The notes beneath the pieces are model-generated. The model was not told the origin of the DNA. It saw only the letters and a program-made list of their open reading frames with translations, and ran no database searches. Below are positions 63,023 through 64,000 of a stretch of DNA of 64,000 nt, piece by piece (position 1 is the first letter of the stretch; each line of letters begins with the position of its first letter). The stretch comes from Massalongia carnosa (lineage: Eukaryota). A program made the translations under genes and the position numbers. The stretch lies in the NCBI GenBank assembly GCA_965645245.1, contig OZ287085.1:372001-436000 (forward strand). The letters are read 5' to 3'.

Positions 63023-64000
63023 CAGTACTAGGTCAAAAGTTTCCGACAGCCCCACCATCAACTTTTTACCCCCCCACTACTTTGAATTATCAACTATCAA
63101 GTTGTTATTTTGATGTCTTGAAACTTCGTACGATGATTACATACATTATAGCAAGCACATTGGGCTGAGAAATATATTTTTAATATTTCGTATACCCTCC
63201 TTTTGACTGGATGCAAGCTTCAATCCTCCTTTCCATGCTGTCTACTAAACTCTTCAGCATTTCCTCATCTATCAAGGCCCATGCTTCTTCCAATGCTTTC
63301 CAAAGTACCTCGCTGACCCTATCATCACCACCAGTTACCGAGTCGATGTCCGGATTGACCTGGTAGACGAGCTTTTTGAGCACGTACCAAACGTGCTCGA
63401 TGGGATTCAAATCAGGAGAATAAGGGGGCCAATCGATGACTGTTATACCGTTTTCATCGAACCATTTCTTCACCTTTTTGGCAGTGTGAATGGGGGCATT
63501 ATCCTGCATGAAAATGAGACCTTGTTCCCAAATTCCAAGCAGATTATCGTTCAATAATTCCAAATATGAATTCGCGGAGTACCCCATCTTCTTTGCCTCG
63601 AAATCGCGGGCCAATTTGTAAAGATCCGACCTCCCCCCCCCCCCAAAAAGCCCCCCATACCATGACCTTGACCTTTTTTCCTTTGCCGTACGGTTGTATC
63701 ATAGGTTTTTTCCATTTTTCGTCCGGAAACCTGAACACCCATTGACGCTGTTTTCCCGACCCCTTTTCCACCGAGCACTCGTCTGACCATATTATTTTTG
63801 ACCACTGCTCAAAATTCCACTCACGCCGAAGCAAGCACCAGTCCAGTCTCTTCTTTGCCACCTCGGGCGTCAATAAAGGTCGCTTTTTAGCCAGCCAGTT
63901 TGTTAGACCATAGTCTTTGAGCGTCCGATAGAGAGTGGATCGATTACATTGCACCTCAACCTCCGTACGCAGCTGCGCGTAGGTGATGCGTGGATTGATT
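63023..64000 (-). mobile_element. Tc1-type DD34E element running off the window; frameshift in the C-run at ~63633-63644
   Basis: TA|CAGTACTAGGTCAAAAGTTTCCGAC terminus; WSDEC, MQDNAPIH, SPDLNPIE. Confidence 0.9.

Noticed and set aside
63631..63645. Programmed frameshift in the Tc1 transposase
   Set aside because: It is a long C homopolymer, more simply explained by slippage or sequencing error.

Overview
Fungal (ascomycete-type introns: GTRAGT/CTRAC/YAG) accessory region made up mostly of nested transposable elements. Retroelements: two copies of a tyrosine-recombinase (DIRS/Ngaro-type) element, one near full-length and three partial Ty1/copia elements, a chromodomain Ty3/gypsy remnant, Tad1-like LINE pieces and five solo LTRs with 5-bp TSDs. 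DNA transposons: three pogo/Fot1 elements, several Tc1/mariner-type elements and a Mutator element with a 9-bp TSD. Host-type genes: an FMP52-like NAD(P)-binding protein, two uncharacterised multi-pass membrane proteins, a divergent pair of decayed kinase-like and nuclease-like genes, and a NACHT-ankyrin NLR with 13 near-identical repeats. The most notable items are (i) a 6.0-kb TIR-bounded element carrying convergent genes for an Academ/DUF6589-like transposase and a RecQ-like helicase (AcademH-like), (ii) a Tc1/mariner-like DD38E element with CACG termini and a 5-bp rather than TA target duplication, (iii) a copia element whose gag and pol are separated by an in-frame TGA in a CARYYA readthrough context, and (iv) a repeat-bearing ~200-aa insertion in the DIRS RNase H. 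All family assignments come from motif recognition by eye; no database searches were run.
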